DNA of 64,000 nt from Selaginella moellendorffii (GCF_000143415.4 NW_003314312.1:1319166-1383165); one strand, 5' to 3'. Shown: positions 12,257 through 24,639, numbered from the stretch's first letter. Numbers and translations are program-made. Notes: generated from the letters alone by a model not told the origin.

Positions 12257-13793
12257 TTATATAGCTTTTGGGACTCTTGAAGAAACAACAACCTCAAGTG
12301 GTGTTTCCAACCAGAGAACAGTCCCACTTTGTTCCTTGAGCTCGTAACAATCCATGCCTTTGCCAGGAACAAAGCTCCAGTCGAAAGAGTGAATCAAGTT
12401 AAACAATAGCAATTGAGCAGTCTTCAATCCCAGTGACATCCCCGGACACATTCTTCGGCCCGCACCAAATGGAAGCAGCTCAAAGTCCTGGCCTTTTACG
12501 TCAATCGAGTTCCCAAGGAACCTTTCCGGCTTGAATTTCAATGCATCCTCCCATACTGCCGGATCTCTTCCAATTGCATAACCATTGACAAATGTGGAAG
12601 TTCCTTTGAGAATGTCATAGCCAGCAACCTTGCACGCTCATGTGAATCAGCAGCGGAGCTGGAGGATGAATGCGAAACGCTTCCTTGACGATTGCCTGAA
12701 GGTACTCCAGTTTGTCAAAGTCGCTCTCCGCAACAAGGCATTCCTTTCCAACAACGGTGTCAATCTCTTCCTGGGCCTTTTGAAGAATAAGTGGATTGTG
12801 CATGAGTTCCAACAGCGTCCATTCAATCAAACTAGCGCTGGTATCTCCTCCAGATAAAAGCTCCTGCATAATTCGAGATTAGCCAACATTTCTATAAGAT
12901 AAGCGTTGACTTTGTTACCGTGACAATAGCTTTGACCGATAACGTTGACTTTGTTCCTCTCCCCGGGCTCCTTCGCTTTTCAAGCTTTGCAGCATGGTAT
13001 CCATGAAATCTTTGGGCTGCGAGGTATTGGACTCGAGCCTAGCCTTGTGGGCATCTAAAATTCTCTGCAAGAACTTGTCTTGTCTCGCATGTATCCTCTT
13101 CATCTCTGGGATCTTCCAGTCAATCCGTCTCATGAACGCCGGTACGAACTCACTGATGTGGAATTGAAGCATCTGCTCGGTGATTTCAAACACAATGTGC
13201 TTGAAATCCTCGGCCTCACTGCTCATCTCAGCCTCATGCTCACCATACTCGAAGAAACGCTTGCTCATCAGGATCTGCATGACAACATTGAAGACATGTT
13301 GTCAGGAGGTGCTCATGTTGATTGGCTTCTGAAAGTCAGCCGCATTCACAAGCTCAGACAAGACGCCACGCATTTCTCTCGTTCGCACCCCTTGAAACGA
13401 TTCAATGCGCTTGACAGTAAAGAGCTCTGTAGCGCAAAGCTTCCTCATTCTTTTCCAGTAGTCGCCATACGGAACAAAACCAATGTCTCGGAAGTTGTAG
13501 AAGTTGTACTCCCCCATGATCAAGTATGGCCTCGAGGCAAAATTTGCATCCTGGATCTTTAGTACCTCTTTCACTAGCTCCGGACTGGAGATCACCACAG
13601 CTGGTACCATTCCCAGGCGTAAAAACACAATCGGTCCATACTTTGTGGAGAGTGCCTGGAATGAAAGGTGTAGCATTCTTCCCAAGAGATGCAAGTGACC
13701 GATAAGAGGTAGCCCCATGGAGATGGAGGCAAATTAAGCCGCCATGAAGAGAAGAGTGATCAACAAAACAACTGCGTATTGAGCAAACTCCAT
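12257..13793 (-). pseudogene. cytochrome P450-A (CYP71 clan), full length but frameshifted; intron 12864-12918
   Basis: MEFAQY start at 13793, PPSPW, ExxR (KEAFR), PERF and heme motif PFGAGRRMCPG are present; frameshifts or deletions near 13740, 13715, 13300 and 12640. Confidence 0.9.
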
Positions 13794-14409
13794 TACTGAT
13801 TCAAAGTATCAAACGTGACAGCCTGAAAGAAGGATGGATCGATGATCTATCGATATAAACATTGGTTGCATCTAACAGTCCATGTGAGTGGCTTTGACTT
13901 GATATTTCAACACGTATGTTCTTATTTTCTTGCTAAACTATTGCTTAAAACTTAGTGGTCCAAGTTTGACGATTTTATGCAATTATTGATCAAGATATTT
14001 TATGGAGCCGGCAATGTAGAAAAGCAACTTATATCGGTCTCATGCTTGTAAACAATATATGAATGAAGGAATATGTTGAAATGTTCAAGTGTAGTCAGTT
14101 TCTTGGAAGACTTGGATTCTAAGGTTCTAGTCTCCTAAGAAATAAGACTGAGCATAGAATAACGCTGCCATACCCAAGCACCCCACTTCCAGCGTGAGGA
14201 ATGGCTCGGCTGGGTGAACTACATACATGACAAAGTGTTCGGTGATCATCCGAATTGCGTCAAAAAATTTAACACTCAAGCATTCTCAGTTTGCAAGAAT
14301 TAGAATGACAAATAGCCATGCATATGAAACATTGATTTTCACTTCGTCCGTAGCTAGTTTACAAAAGGCCACACTACTAAGAGAAAAATAGATGGAAGTA
14401 CATCGATTT

Positions 14410-15230
14410 TCATATCAGGTTTAATAAATTTTGGATCTGGTTGAGTTTGTTTGAACTTGCCACCACATTGCAACTTTTCGGGTCCGACACGATGATGGTG
14501 CGCTTTGGATCCAGAATCCAAGTCCCACGAAACGTGCCTCCACTCAGTAGGTTATCCACGCCATGGTAGTGGCTGCTCGCATACACCAGATTCGCTGGGA
14601 TTGCGCAGGAGAGAACATCCAGGAACTTCAGGAAATCTTTCTTCCCATTCCGGGACGCATTCGCGGCAAGGATATCGCGGTAAAAGATGAATTCGTCTTC
14701 CTTGTCCTGGATCATCCTCCACGTAGTGTTCACGGCGTCCTGAAACGTCTGCACGCTCTGATCGGTGAGCAGCACCGCCGGAAGATTGTTAAACTTATTC
14801 TTGTAAAACTCCTTGAGAAACGAGAAGACGTCGTTCACCATCCACATATGATCGAGCATAGCGTTCTGAGCACTGATGTAATCCAGGGATTCAACATCCT
14901 CATCGTCAAATAAAGCACCCATTGAAGACGTTCTTCCTCCGGTCTAGAGCTTGTAGTCCTGCGTCAAGTCGTCACTCAAGATGCTTCTTGCCCAGCCCTG
15001 AACAGTGGAAACCGTGAGCTTGAACAGCTCCGGCTTCAACAGAGACCTCAAATCCTTCATCAGATCGTGGCACGCTCGATAGGCAAGAATATCCGGAACT
15101 TCCGCGAGCGATGCGGTTCCATAGCAGAGGCTATGAACAGTGTCGATATACGATGACGCGAGAGCTCCAGCAACCTCGTTGTCATCAAATGGATCGTCCA
15201 GGAAAGCAGTGAGCCAGGGAAACTTCGCCT
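14410..15230 (-). pseudogene. MTPSL: microbial terpene synthase-like (MTPSL) gene, 5'-truncated
   Basis: Intronless; DDxxD-type FLDDPFDD (~15181-15205) and NSE/DTE-type NDVFSFLKE; TAG and indels near 14945; RY dyad mutated to HY; no N-terminus. Confidence 0.85.
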
Positions 15231-15289
15231 GCTTCGCTTCGAATAACTATTGACGGTTCAAGCCTTGAGACTGGTTGTTGCTCAGCGGT

Positions 15290-15297
15290 TTATAAAA
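15290..15297 (+). promoter_or_regulatory. candidate TATA box of P450-C
   Basis: TTATAAAA about 40 bp upstream of the ATG at 15333. Confidence 0.45.
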
Positions 15298-15332
15298 TGA
15301 TATCAATGTGGCGTAATTCCTAATCAATCGAC

Positions 15333-16906
15333 ATGGAGTTTCTAGCGTGCGCGATTGCTCTTGTGTTCTTCATCTATGTTCTTGTATGGGGAATTCCAGG
15401 TGGAGGGCACCGCCGTCTCAACTTGCCAGTATCACCCAGTGGGTCTCTTCCATTGATCGGACACCTCCACCTCTTTGGGAGGAAACCCCATCTCTCTCTC
15501 CTTGCACTGTCCAACAAGTATGGACCGATCTTCTCTCTCCGGCTGGGAATGGTGCCATCCGTGGTGGTCGCGAGCGCCCATCTGGCCAAGGAGCTCTTCA
15601 AAACCCAGGACGTTACATTCTCTTCCAGGCCGTATTTCATGCCAGGGGAGTATAGCTTCTACAACTTCCTTGACATGGGATTTGCGCCTTACGGCGATTA
15701 CTGGAAGAACATGCGGAAGCTGTGTGCCACGGAGCTCTTCACAATCAGGCGCATCGATTCTTTCTTGTGGGTACGAACAGAGGAGCTCCGTGAGATGCTA
15801 TCCGCGCTCTTGGATTCTTCTCTGGATTGCAAGCCCGTCAACATGAGAGACATGGTCACGACATGCCTGTTCAATGTGGTCACCCGGATCTTGATGAGCA
15901 AGAGGTTCTACACGTTTGTGGGAGATGAGGCAACGATGGATGACGATGCCCGGGAGTTTAAGAGCCTCCTGCTGTCCATCACAGACCAGGCGCTCGATTT
16001 TCACATCAGCGAGTTTGTCCCGCCGTGGCTTAGAGGCATCGACTGGAAGATCCCGCGGCTCAAGAAGCTGCAGGCAAAGATTGATAGTTTCTTGCAGAAG
16101 ATAGTCGACGAGCACAAGCTTGGTGTCGATAGCGGCAAGGAGGACTTTATGCACATCATGCTCGAGTACCTCAAGGATGAACCATATTGCGAGGACAGTG
16201 TCAAGGCCAATAGCATGGTAAGTTCTTCCTCTCGTGATTTGATGTCTCTTAACTATATCCTCGAATGTGCCAGGAGCTTATATCTGGTGGAACAGACACA
16301 AGTGCCGCCGTGATCGAGTGGGCGATCCTGGAGCTTCTTCACCACCCGGAGATGCTACGAAAAGCTCAAGAGGAGATGGACGTGGTGGTGGGGAATTCTC
16401 GCCTGGTCGGAGAAGCCGACATTGCGCAGCTCCAGTATATGCAAGCAGTGATCAAGGAAACCTTCCGCCTCCATCCTCCAATTCCTCTTCTACCTCGCAT
16501 GGCATCTCACGACTGCAAGCTGGGAGGATTTGATGTTCCAAAGGGCGCAACCACGTTCTTGCACGTCTACGCCATTGGAAGGGATCCAGCCGTGTGGGAC
16601 GAACCATTGAAGTTCATGCCGGAGAGGTTCTTGGGGAATTCCTTGGATGTCAAGGGCCAGGACTATGAGCTGCTTCCATTTGGCTCTGGTCGCAGGGGTT
16701 GTCCGGGGATGATACTGGGATTACGAACGGTGCAGCTTCTGGTATCCAACTTGATTCACAGCTTCGATTGGAGCTTTGCGGGGGAGAGGGGAGGAGAAGC
16801 ATTTCCTCTGGAAGAACGAGATACTGCTGGGACTGTTATTTGGACCAAGACTCCGCTCCAAGTCGTGGCCACTCCAAGACTTAGGAAGGAGGTACTGCTA
16901 GGCTGA
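15333..16906 (+). CDS. cytochrome P450-C (CYP71 clan), intact, 505 aa; exons 15333-16217 and 16274-16906
   Basis: N-terminal TM anchor, LPLIGHLH, I-helix SGGTDT, KETFR, PERF, PFGSGRRGCPG; 56 bp phase-0 GT-AG intron at the conserved A-type position; no stops after splicing. Confidence 0.93.
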
Positions 16907-16989
16907 TTGCGATTTCATGAAATGGGCTTGCAAATATGTCCTCGTTATTTAAAAATTTCTTTTCATAAACTGTTTATACACGGTGTCGT

Positions 16990-17311
16990 GTGCATGAAAC
17001 CAAAAGGTATAATAAGCATGCTGTACTGATGAGTGAGGCTGCAACAGAACTCCTCCCAATCGTCTCTACTGTCGTTGTGGTCACCCTGCTTCATTGCGAA
17101 GTAAACTGACCATTGAATGTACAAGGTAAGAGTGGGAAGTTTTTTTGTACAGCTTTTCTCTGAGAAAATGTTTCAAACTGAAAGAGCCAATGCAATGTCA
17201 AGTCAAAAAAAGTTTTAAATGAAAGGTCAAAAATAAACTTTGAAATTAAAAACAAATGTAACTCTAAAGGATCAGCTAAAATTCCACAGTTCTCAGCTAT
17301 GGCATGAGGGG
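16990..17311 (-). pseudogene. 3' remnant (last codons and 3' flank) of an SDR gene paralogous to 51001-52388
   Basis: caaaaggtataataagcatg...gatgagtgaggc...cgtctctac-gtcgttgt-gtcacc-tgcttcattgc and ...ggcatgagggg align to 50765-51080; cut by the LTR at 17313. Confidence 0.7.
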
Positions 17312-17312
17312 T

Positions 17313-17967
17313 TGTTAGGTGCCAGCTTTGACTCTGTCAACATGAGTCAAAAGGAAAGGTTAACCTACCCTAGGGCTCATAGTGGAGCAGTAGCACAGTG
17401 GGTCAAGGGTGGCTGAGTGGAAGGAATTTCAAAAGGAGGTGTAGCATAGTTTATAGTGTTGGAATTTAACATTTGTATTAGTTGTTGGTTGACTAAAATG
17501 AATATTAGAATTCTATTGTTGATGGTGGTGCTGATGATGCTGTCAATAAAACTATGAAAGTTTAGACCATTCAAGATATTGTTTATGAGATATGAACCTT
17601 TAATCAAATTTGGCAAGAGATGTAAGATGAAATGTATGGCATGATAGATACTATGTGTAAGTGTGTTAGGGCATTCGAGGCTAAATATGGTGGTCCTCCA
17701 ACTAAAACTTCTTTGGTGGACTTAAGATTCCAACTTTTTTTGGTGATGGTGATATGGATGAATGTCTGGCTTAGCTAACAAGTTCTTAGTTACCAAAGGA
17801 ACTTCAAATGCAGAGGCTTTAGTGGCTATTCTAATGGTTTTGCATGATATAGGTCTTTTATGGTGGAATTAGCTTATATTTTGAATAAAAAACCATTAAT
17901 GTCTACCATAAATGAGTTTAAAGCTGCTTTTTGTTTATGTTTTGCCCCTCACTATGATGTGGAGAAT
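17313..17967 (+). mobile_element. old gypsy family A element: degenerate 5' LTR (17313-17471) plus gag remnant, interrupted by a family B LTR
   Basis: tgttaggtgccagctttgact LTR start; gag text ...FKAAFCLCFAPHYDVEN matches 35774-36205. Confidence 0.75.
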
Positions 17968-18877
17968 TGTCGCGAATGTGACTTCGGGTATCAAAAGATA
18001 CTTGTCGACCGGTCCTTACAGACACTCTTTCCTTACTGCCATGATGGCAGGAGATCGGTATAGTTGGATCCCTTTAGTAGCCCCTCTTGTGCTAGTGGAG
18101 TTAACTGGGCATTTCGAGTGTACTTAAACCGGACGGAATTCCTACGTGCTATTAGTTAAGCATACTTAGCCTAGTAAGGAGTTCCCGTCTCGTTATGTCT
18201 TGCACTTGCTAGTGACAAGAACCCTCGCGTATTGAGATTAGTCCCTCAATATCACTAGATGATAGCTTACCATATCTGCCAAACACCCTTGCTATCATGC
18301 CCTTTGTGTTAGTCTCATTTCGGTCCCAAATGCTATTTATAGAAAGTGTCTAGATTCGCTCATTTAGCATGTATACGGAATGTAAAGGTCGGCCTGAACA
18401 CAATGGTGTTCGTCTCGTGTCCAAATTCGCAATCTAGTGCCATTCCATATTTAGTAAGTTTTGAGCTTGTCCCAAAGACTAACTCCTGGTACTAAGGGAA
18501 GCTTGGGGTGAAAGCCCAAAGTGTGTGTTCCTCAAGGGCGGGGGGGGCCTGTGGGGGGTTCCAAATGTATAGTAGGGATAGTGGTTGGAATGCATGTTCG
18601 ACCACCTGAGACATTAGTTTGGCTCCCGCTGGGATGTGTCGCTCCTTGTTCTGCGTCCGGCTTGGGTCTAAGCCCAAGCTCCATGCCGCTCTAGTTGGTG
18701 GAGTACCCTCCTCCTCGCGTTAGGCCATCGGTATGCCAAAATTGTGCCAGACTCCGTCTGACACCATTTTGCGTGCAAGTGCTGGATACGGGGAGCTAGT
18801 GCTCGTGGGATTGTACCGGACCCTCGTTTCGTAGCGCAACGGGCTTGGAGTTTGGCTCCTAATTCAGGTGTGCTACA
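17968..18877 (+). repeat. 5' LTR of gypsy family B (910 bp) followed by an initiator-Met PBS
   Basis: TGT...ACA termini; TGGTATCAGAG at 18880-18890. Confidence 0.85.
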
Positions 18878-19068
18878 TTTGGTATCAGAGGAATTGTCTC
18901 AGCGATTCCTATCTAACTTTTGTCGGATTTTCTGACTCAAGTTGCATACGCAGAAACTTTTCTAGTAAATCTGAAGCGACCTGTGTAGGATTAGTTGGAT
19001 TGCACCATTCGGTAAGAATGTTGTATGCATGTTCAGTTACTGATAGAGGCATGCATACAGCTAGCAGG

Positions 19069-20206
19069 ATGGTGAAGAGGAACCATGCTGATGACGCTGA
19101 AACCTCTAGACGGGCAAATCGAGAGGAGGAAACTCCTACTAGAGATGCTACGGAAGAGGTAGAGGCTGAGTCAGAAGAGGAAGAGCCAGATGCTGCGGCA
19201 CTACAGCGTACAGCTCAGGAAGTCGAGATTGAGAATTTGCGAAGGGAGATTCGCAAATTGAAGAAGGAGAACAACAAGAGGAAGAAAGAAGCTGAGGCAG
19301 CTAAACCAGTTAAGCCTAAGCAACCGGACTCCTCCTCAAGTTCCGAGGACGATGAAGTTCTGCAGCAGCCCCCAGTTGCACGAATTTCAAAGTTCAAGCC
19401 CCCGAAACCACCCAACTTCAGAGGCATGCGGGACTATCAGGTTTTGGAAGACTGGGTCTACGATATGGAAAATTATTTCATAGCAGCAAACGTAGATGAT
19501 CGTACAAAAGTTGTGTGTGCACAATCCTTTCTCACCGATCATGCCAAAACTTGGTGGCGCCAGGTGTGTGCTGAAAAAGGGCAGACTAGAAGTTGGGTCT
19601 CTATCCATAAGGAATACTTGCCGGATGATCTTGGTCTAAGACTTTGCGCGGAGCTGCAGCGGTTAAAGCAGCGAGGGGATCTCATGCATTACGTTAATGT
19701 GTTTGCTCAGAAGCGTATTATGATTGCAAATATGAGTGATGAAGGTGCTCGGAGTTATTTCCTGGAGGGTTTAAGTTCACTTTCTCGTAATGAGATTTTG
19801 AAGTTTAAGCCAAAGACGTATCTGGAGTGTAAGGAGGCAGCACAGCAAGTTGCCTTTAGTCACTCGCTCATGGAACAATATCAGCAATCGTATGCTGGTA
19901 ACTCGGATAAGAATAAGAATTCTAGGAATAAACAAGGTGATCGGAAACAGAGGGTGGAAGGCAGGTTCCGCTCTGGAGGCTCACAAGCAACGGTTAACAA
20001 AGGTGGTGGTGGTTGGAGACCACCAGCAGCTTCTTCTGGTCCTAGGCCCTCTGTTCCTCCTCCTGGTGGGTACAAGCCGTAGCAACCTGCAAAACCTGCT
20101 CTTAGTGAAATGGGTAGTGTGGGTCATTGCTTCCATTGTGGAGAGTCGGGATATAGATCCTCGGAATGTCCCAACAAGCATAAGACAAGGTCTCAAGTTA
20201 ATGTCA
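19069..20206 (+). mobile_element. gypsy family B gag (5' half of a chromovirus split by the inversion)
   Basis: Retrotransposon gag core (FLTDHAKTWW...LKQRG), knuckle CFHCGESGYRSSEC after one premature TAG at 20080-20082. Confidence 0.85.
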
Positions 20207-22862
20207 GCTTCACATTGCTGATCTATCGAAACCTTACGAGGTGACATGTGATGCGAGTGGTTATGCATTGGGAGGAGTTCTCATACAAGAGGGACAGCCT
20301 ATTGCATATGAGAGTTGAACTTTAAATTCCGTGGAGCAACACTATTCCACATATAAGCAAGAGTTACTCTCTATTGTTCATGCTTTGCGGACATGGCGGC
20401 ACTATCTTTATGGTACAGTGTTCGTGGTGTTGACAGATCACAAACCACTTGTGTATCTTTTCACACAGAAGGAGTTGAACACTCGGCAAGCTCGTCGAAT
20501 GGTCAAACTTATGGAGTTTGGGGAGTTTCCTATTGAGCATCGTCCAGGAAAATCCAATATGGTGGCAGATGCTTTATCTCGTGTTCGTCATGTGACAACG
20601 TTACAAACACGATTTTGTCATCATTTGAGTAAGGTGGTCAGCGAGTTTGGGCAGTTGGTTGAGCATGCTCAGGCTCAGGATGCTGAGGTGGCCTCTTTGC
20701 GAGCCCAGATGGAAGTCCCTTTTTCATTGGTGGATGGGATTCTCTACTACAATAGCCGTGTATATTTGCCACGGGTGGATGTGTTAATTACTCAAGTTTT
20801 ATTCCACTATCATGATCGTCCAGAGGCCGGTCATTTTGGGGGGAAGAAGACGTATAAGTTGATTAAGCCCAACTTTTATTGGAGGAATATGAAGGCTGAT
20901 ATCCTCAAGTATTGTAAATCATGCGAGCTTTGTCAGCGGGTTAAGGTGCCACGGGAGAAGCCAGGAGGACTTTTGCAACCTTTACCTATTCCTCAGAGCC
21001 ATTGGTGTAGTATCTCTATGGACTTCATCACTTATTTGCCACGAACACAGAGGCAAAAGGAGCAAGTATGGGTCGTAGTGGATCAGTTGACGAAATATGT
21101 GCGGTTGTTGGCTCTTCAAAAGAATGTCACTGCCTCAGACTTGGCTGCGGTTTACTTGGAGAAGGTTTTTCCTGATTTTGGTTTGCCGGAGGACATCATT
21201 AGTGACAGGTTTGCCGGAGGACATCATGTTTTGCGGACGTGGCAGCATTATCTTTATGGTGCAGTGTTCGTGGTGTTGACAGATTACAAACCACTTGTGT
21301 ATCTTTTCACACAAAAGGAGTTGAACACTCCGCAAGCTCATTGGATGGTCAAACTCATGGAGTTTGGGGAGTTTCCTATTGAGCATCGTCCGGGAAAATC
21401 CAATGTGGTGGCAGATGCTTTATCTCGTGTTCGTCATATGACGACGTTACAAACACGATTTTGTCATCATTTGAGTAAGGTGGTCAGCGAGTTTGGGCAG
21501 TTGGTTAAGCATGCTCAGGCTCAAGATGCTGAGGTGGCCTCTTTACGAGACCAGATGGAAGCTCTTTTCTCATTGGTGGATGGGATTCTCTACTACAATG
21601 GCCATGTATATTTGCCACGGGTGGATGCATTAATTACTCAAGTTTTATTCCACTATCATGATCGTCCAAAGGCCGGTCATTTTGGGGGGAAGAAGACGTA
21701 TGAGTTGATTAAGCGCAACTTTTATTGGAGGAATATGAAGGCTGATATCCTCAAGTATTGTAAATCATGCGAGCTTTGTCAGCGGGTTAAGGTGCCACGG
21801 GAGAAGCCAGGAGGACTTTTGCAACCTTTACCTATTCCTCAGAGCCATTGGTGTAGTATCTCTATGGACTTCATCACTTATTTGCCACGAACACAGAGGC
21901 AAAAGGAGCAAGTATGGGTCGTAGTGGATCAGTTGACGAAATATGTGCGGTTGTTGGCTCTTCAAAAGAATGTCACTGCCTCAGACTTGGCTGCGGTTTA
22001 CTTGGAGAAGGTTTTTCCTGATTTTGGTTTGCCGGAGGACATCATTAGTGATCGAGATTCAAAGTTCACCAGTGGATTTTGGAAAAGCTTTGCAAAGGCT
22101 ATGCAAGTGACTTTGAAACTCTCGAGTGGAGATCATCCTCAGACGGATGGGCAAACCGAGCATGTGAATCAGGTGGTGGAAGATATGCTACGTTGTAGCA
22201 TTGGTCAAAGGCAAGGACAGTGGGATTTATATCTTCCGTTGGTGCAATTTGCTTACAACAATAGCCAACACAATGGAACCAAACTAAGTCCTTACTTTGC
22301 CATGTTTGGAAGGCATCCTCGAATAGCAGTGGAGTTGGGATTGCATTAGAGTAAGGATGTTCAAGATAAGCTTGATTCCGAGGCAACTGATCTGACCACA
22401 CAACTTGATGAGATTTTGGTGGTGTGCGAATGAAATTTGCAAGCAGCTCAGGATAGAGTGGAGAAGTTTGCCAATGAGCATCGCCAATTCCGGGAATATA
22501 AGGTGGGTGATCTCGTCTTTGTGCGCGTGATCTTTCCGTCAAGTGAGCGGCAGAACACATTGGTGCCTTTACGGATACGGAAGAGTGATAAACTTTCCTA
22601 TTGATATGCTGGTCCATATGAAGTTCTGGAATGCATTGGTAAAGCGGCTTATAGGGTGCGGCAGCCAGCTGGGGTGAAAATTCATCCGGTATTTTATGTC
22701 AGCCAATTGAAAGGTGTACTATCTCGGAGTGACGGGCCCAATGCCTCCTTGATGTATACGGCTATGGACAATAGACTAGGAGCTTGAGCAAGGTTTCCCC
22801 AGAAAGGGTGATCACCGGTACAACTCGTCCTTGGGACAAGGACTTTGTTGGGGGGGAAGAAT
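20207..22862 (+). mobile_element. gypsy family A pol 3' half (RNase H, integrase) containing an 846 bp tandem duplication; PPT at 22850-22862
   Basis: CDASGYA, TDHKPL, ADALSR, HHCC zinc finger, SMDFI, SDRD, HPQTDGQTE, GPY/F; gggggggaagaat precedes the LTR. Confidence 0.9.
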
Positions 22863-23096
22863 TGTTAGGCACCAGCTTTGACTACGTGGTCAATGTCGGT
22901 CAAAGGGAGGCTCAAGGGTATATTAAGGCTAGTTAGGGTAAGGGACTTAACCTACCCTAGGGGCTCACAGTGGAGTGGCGGCGCAATGGAGCTTTTGAGG
23001 TAGCTAGGGGGTGATTGGGTGGTGAGGAACCTCAAGAGGTGGTGTAGTATAGTCTAGGGCGACTAGATCTCTATCTTTTTGCGCCGGATCATAACA
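22863..23096 (+). repeat. 3' LTR of gypsy family A (234 bp), followed by TSD ATGAT
   Basis: TGTTAGG...CATAACA; matches 36323-36556, 56869-57080 and 62090-62322. Confidence 0.9.
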
Positions 23097-24632
23097 ATGA
23101 TGGCTTACCATATTTGCCAAACACCCTCCTTATGTGTTAGTTCCATTCTAGATCCACATACTATTTATGGTAAGTGTCTAAATTTGCCCAAGAGGCATAT
23201 CTATGGAATGTAGAGAGTGTCCTGAACCATATGGTGTTGTTCCTACAATCTAACACTATTCCATAATTAGTAAGTTTCACACTTGTCCCAAAGACTAACT
23301 CCTAATACTAAAGGAAGCTTGGGGTGAAAGCCCAAAGTGTGTGTTCCTCACGCGGGGGGGGGGGGTGGGGGCGGCGAAAGGGGGCTACTTTGGGAGGTTT
23401 CAAATGTATAGGGTTAGGGTGAAAGCCCAAAATATGTGTTTTTCAAGGGGGAGGGGCTATAGGGGGTTCCAAATGTATAGTAGAGGTAGTGGTTAGAATG
23501 TATCTAACCACTTGAGATATTAATTTGGCTCTCATTGAGCTGTATCACTCTTTGTTCTGCATTCGGCTTGGGTTTAAGCCTAAACTCCATGCTGCTTTAG
23601 TCAGTGGGGTACCCTCCTCCTCACGTTAGGCCACCGGTATGCCAAAATCGTGCTAAACACCATCTGATACCATTTTGCATATAAGTGTTGGATACAAGAA
23701 GTTGGTGCTCGTGGGATTAAGAGTGTACTAAACCCTCGTCTCGTAACGCAACGAGTTTAGAGTTCAACTCCAAATTCAAGTGCACTACATTTGGTAACAA
23801 AGGAATTGTCTTAGCGATTTTTATCCATCATTTCTCAAAGTTTCTGACTCAAGTTACATACATAGAGACTTTTCTAGTAGATCTGAAGTGATCTATGTAG
23901 GATTAGTTGGATTGCACCATTCGGTAAAAATGTTATATGCATATTCAGTTATAGATAGAGGTATACATGTAACTAGTGAGATAGTGAAAAGGAACTATGT
24001 TGATAACACTAAAACCTCTAGATGAGAGAATCAAAAGGAGGAAACTCCTACTAGAGATGTTGCAAAAGAGGTTGAGGCTGAGTCAGAAGAGGAAAAGCCA
24101 GATGCTATAGCACTACAACGTACGGCTCAAGAAGTTGAGATCAAGAATTTGCAAAAGGAAATTCACAAATTGAAGAAGGAGAATAAAAGGAGGAAGAAAG
24201 AAGTTGAGGTAGCTAAACTAGATAAACCTAAGCAATCAAACTCCTCTTCAAGTTTTGAGGACAATGAGGTTTTGCAACCACCCCCGGTTACACGAGTTTC
24301 AATCTGAAACCAACCAAGTTTAGAGGCATGTGGGACTATTAGGTTTTAGATGGATTTTAGACTGGGTCTATGATATAGAAAATTATTTCATAGCAGCAGA
24401 TGTAGATGATCATATGAAAGTTACATACGTGTAGTCCTTTCTCACAGATCATGCCAAAACTTGGTGGCGCTAGGTGTGCACTGAAAAAGGGCAGACTAGA
24501 AGTTGGACTAAGATGTAGTCTCATATTTGTAAAGAATACTTGCTGGACGATCTTGGTTTGAGACTTTTTGTGGAGCTACGGTGGTTAAAGCAACGAGAGG
24601 ATCTTATGCATTAAGTTAATGCATTTGCTTAG
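23097..24632 (+). mobile_element. older family B copy: 3' part of the LTR (to ~23789), PBS and degenerate gag
   Basis: Collinear with 18259-19710, with many transitions and stops. Confidence 0.85.
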
Positions 24633-24639
24633 AGCCCGG

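Noticed and set aside
14410-15230. Bacterial or fungal contamination as the source of the terpene synthase
   Set aside because: Contiguous with intron-containing plant P450s and duplicated together with their spacers
13080-16154. Antisense and alternate-frame ORFs over the P450 and MTPSL genes (e.g. 13080-13562, 14563-14913, 15798-16154)
   Set aside because: Shadow ORFs from GC-rich codon usage, with no motifs of their own
18868-23096. A single novel chimeric retrotransposon with mismatched LTRs and no RT
   Set aside because: Fully explained by the 20207-33783 inversion joining halves of two families
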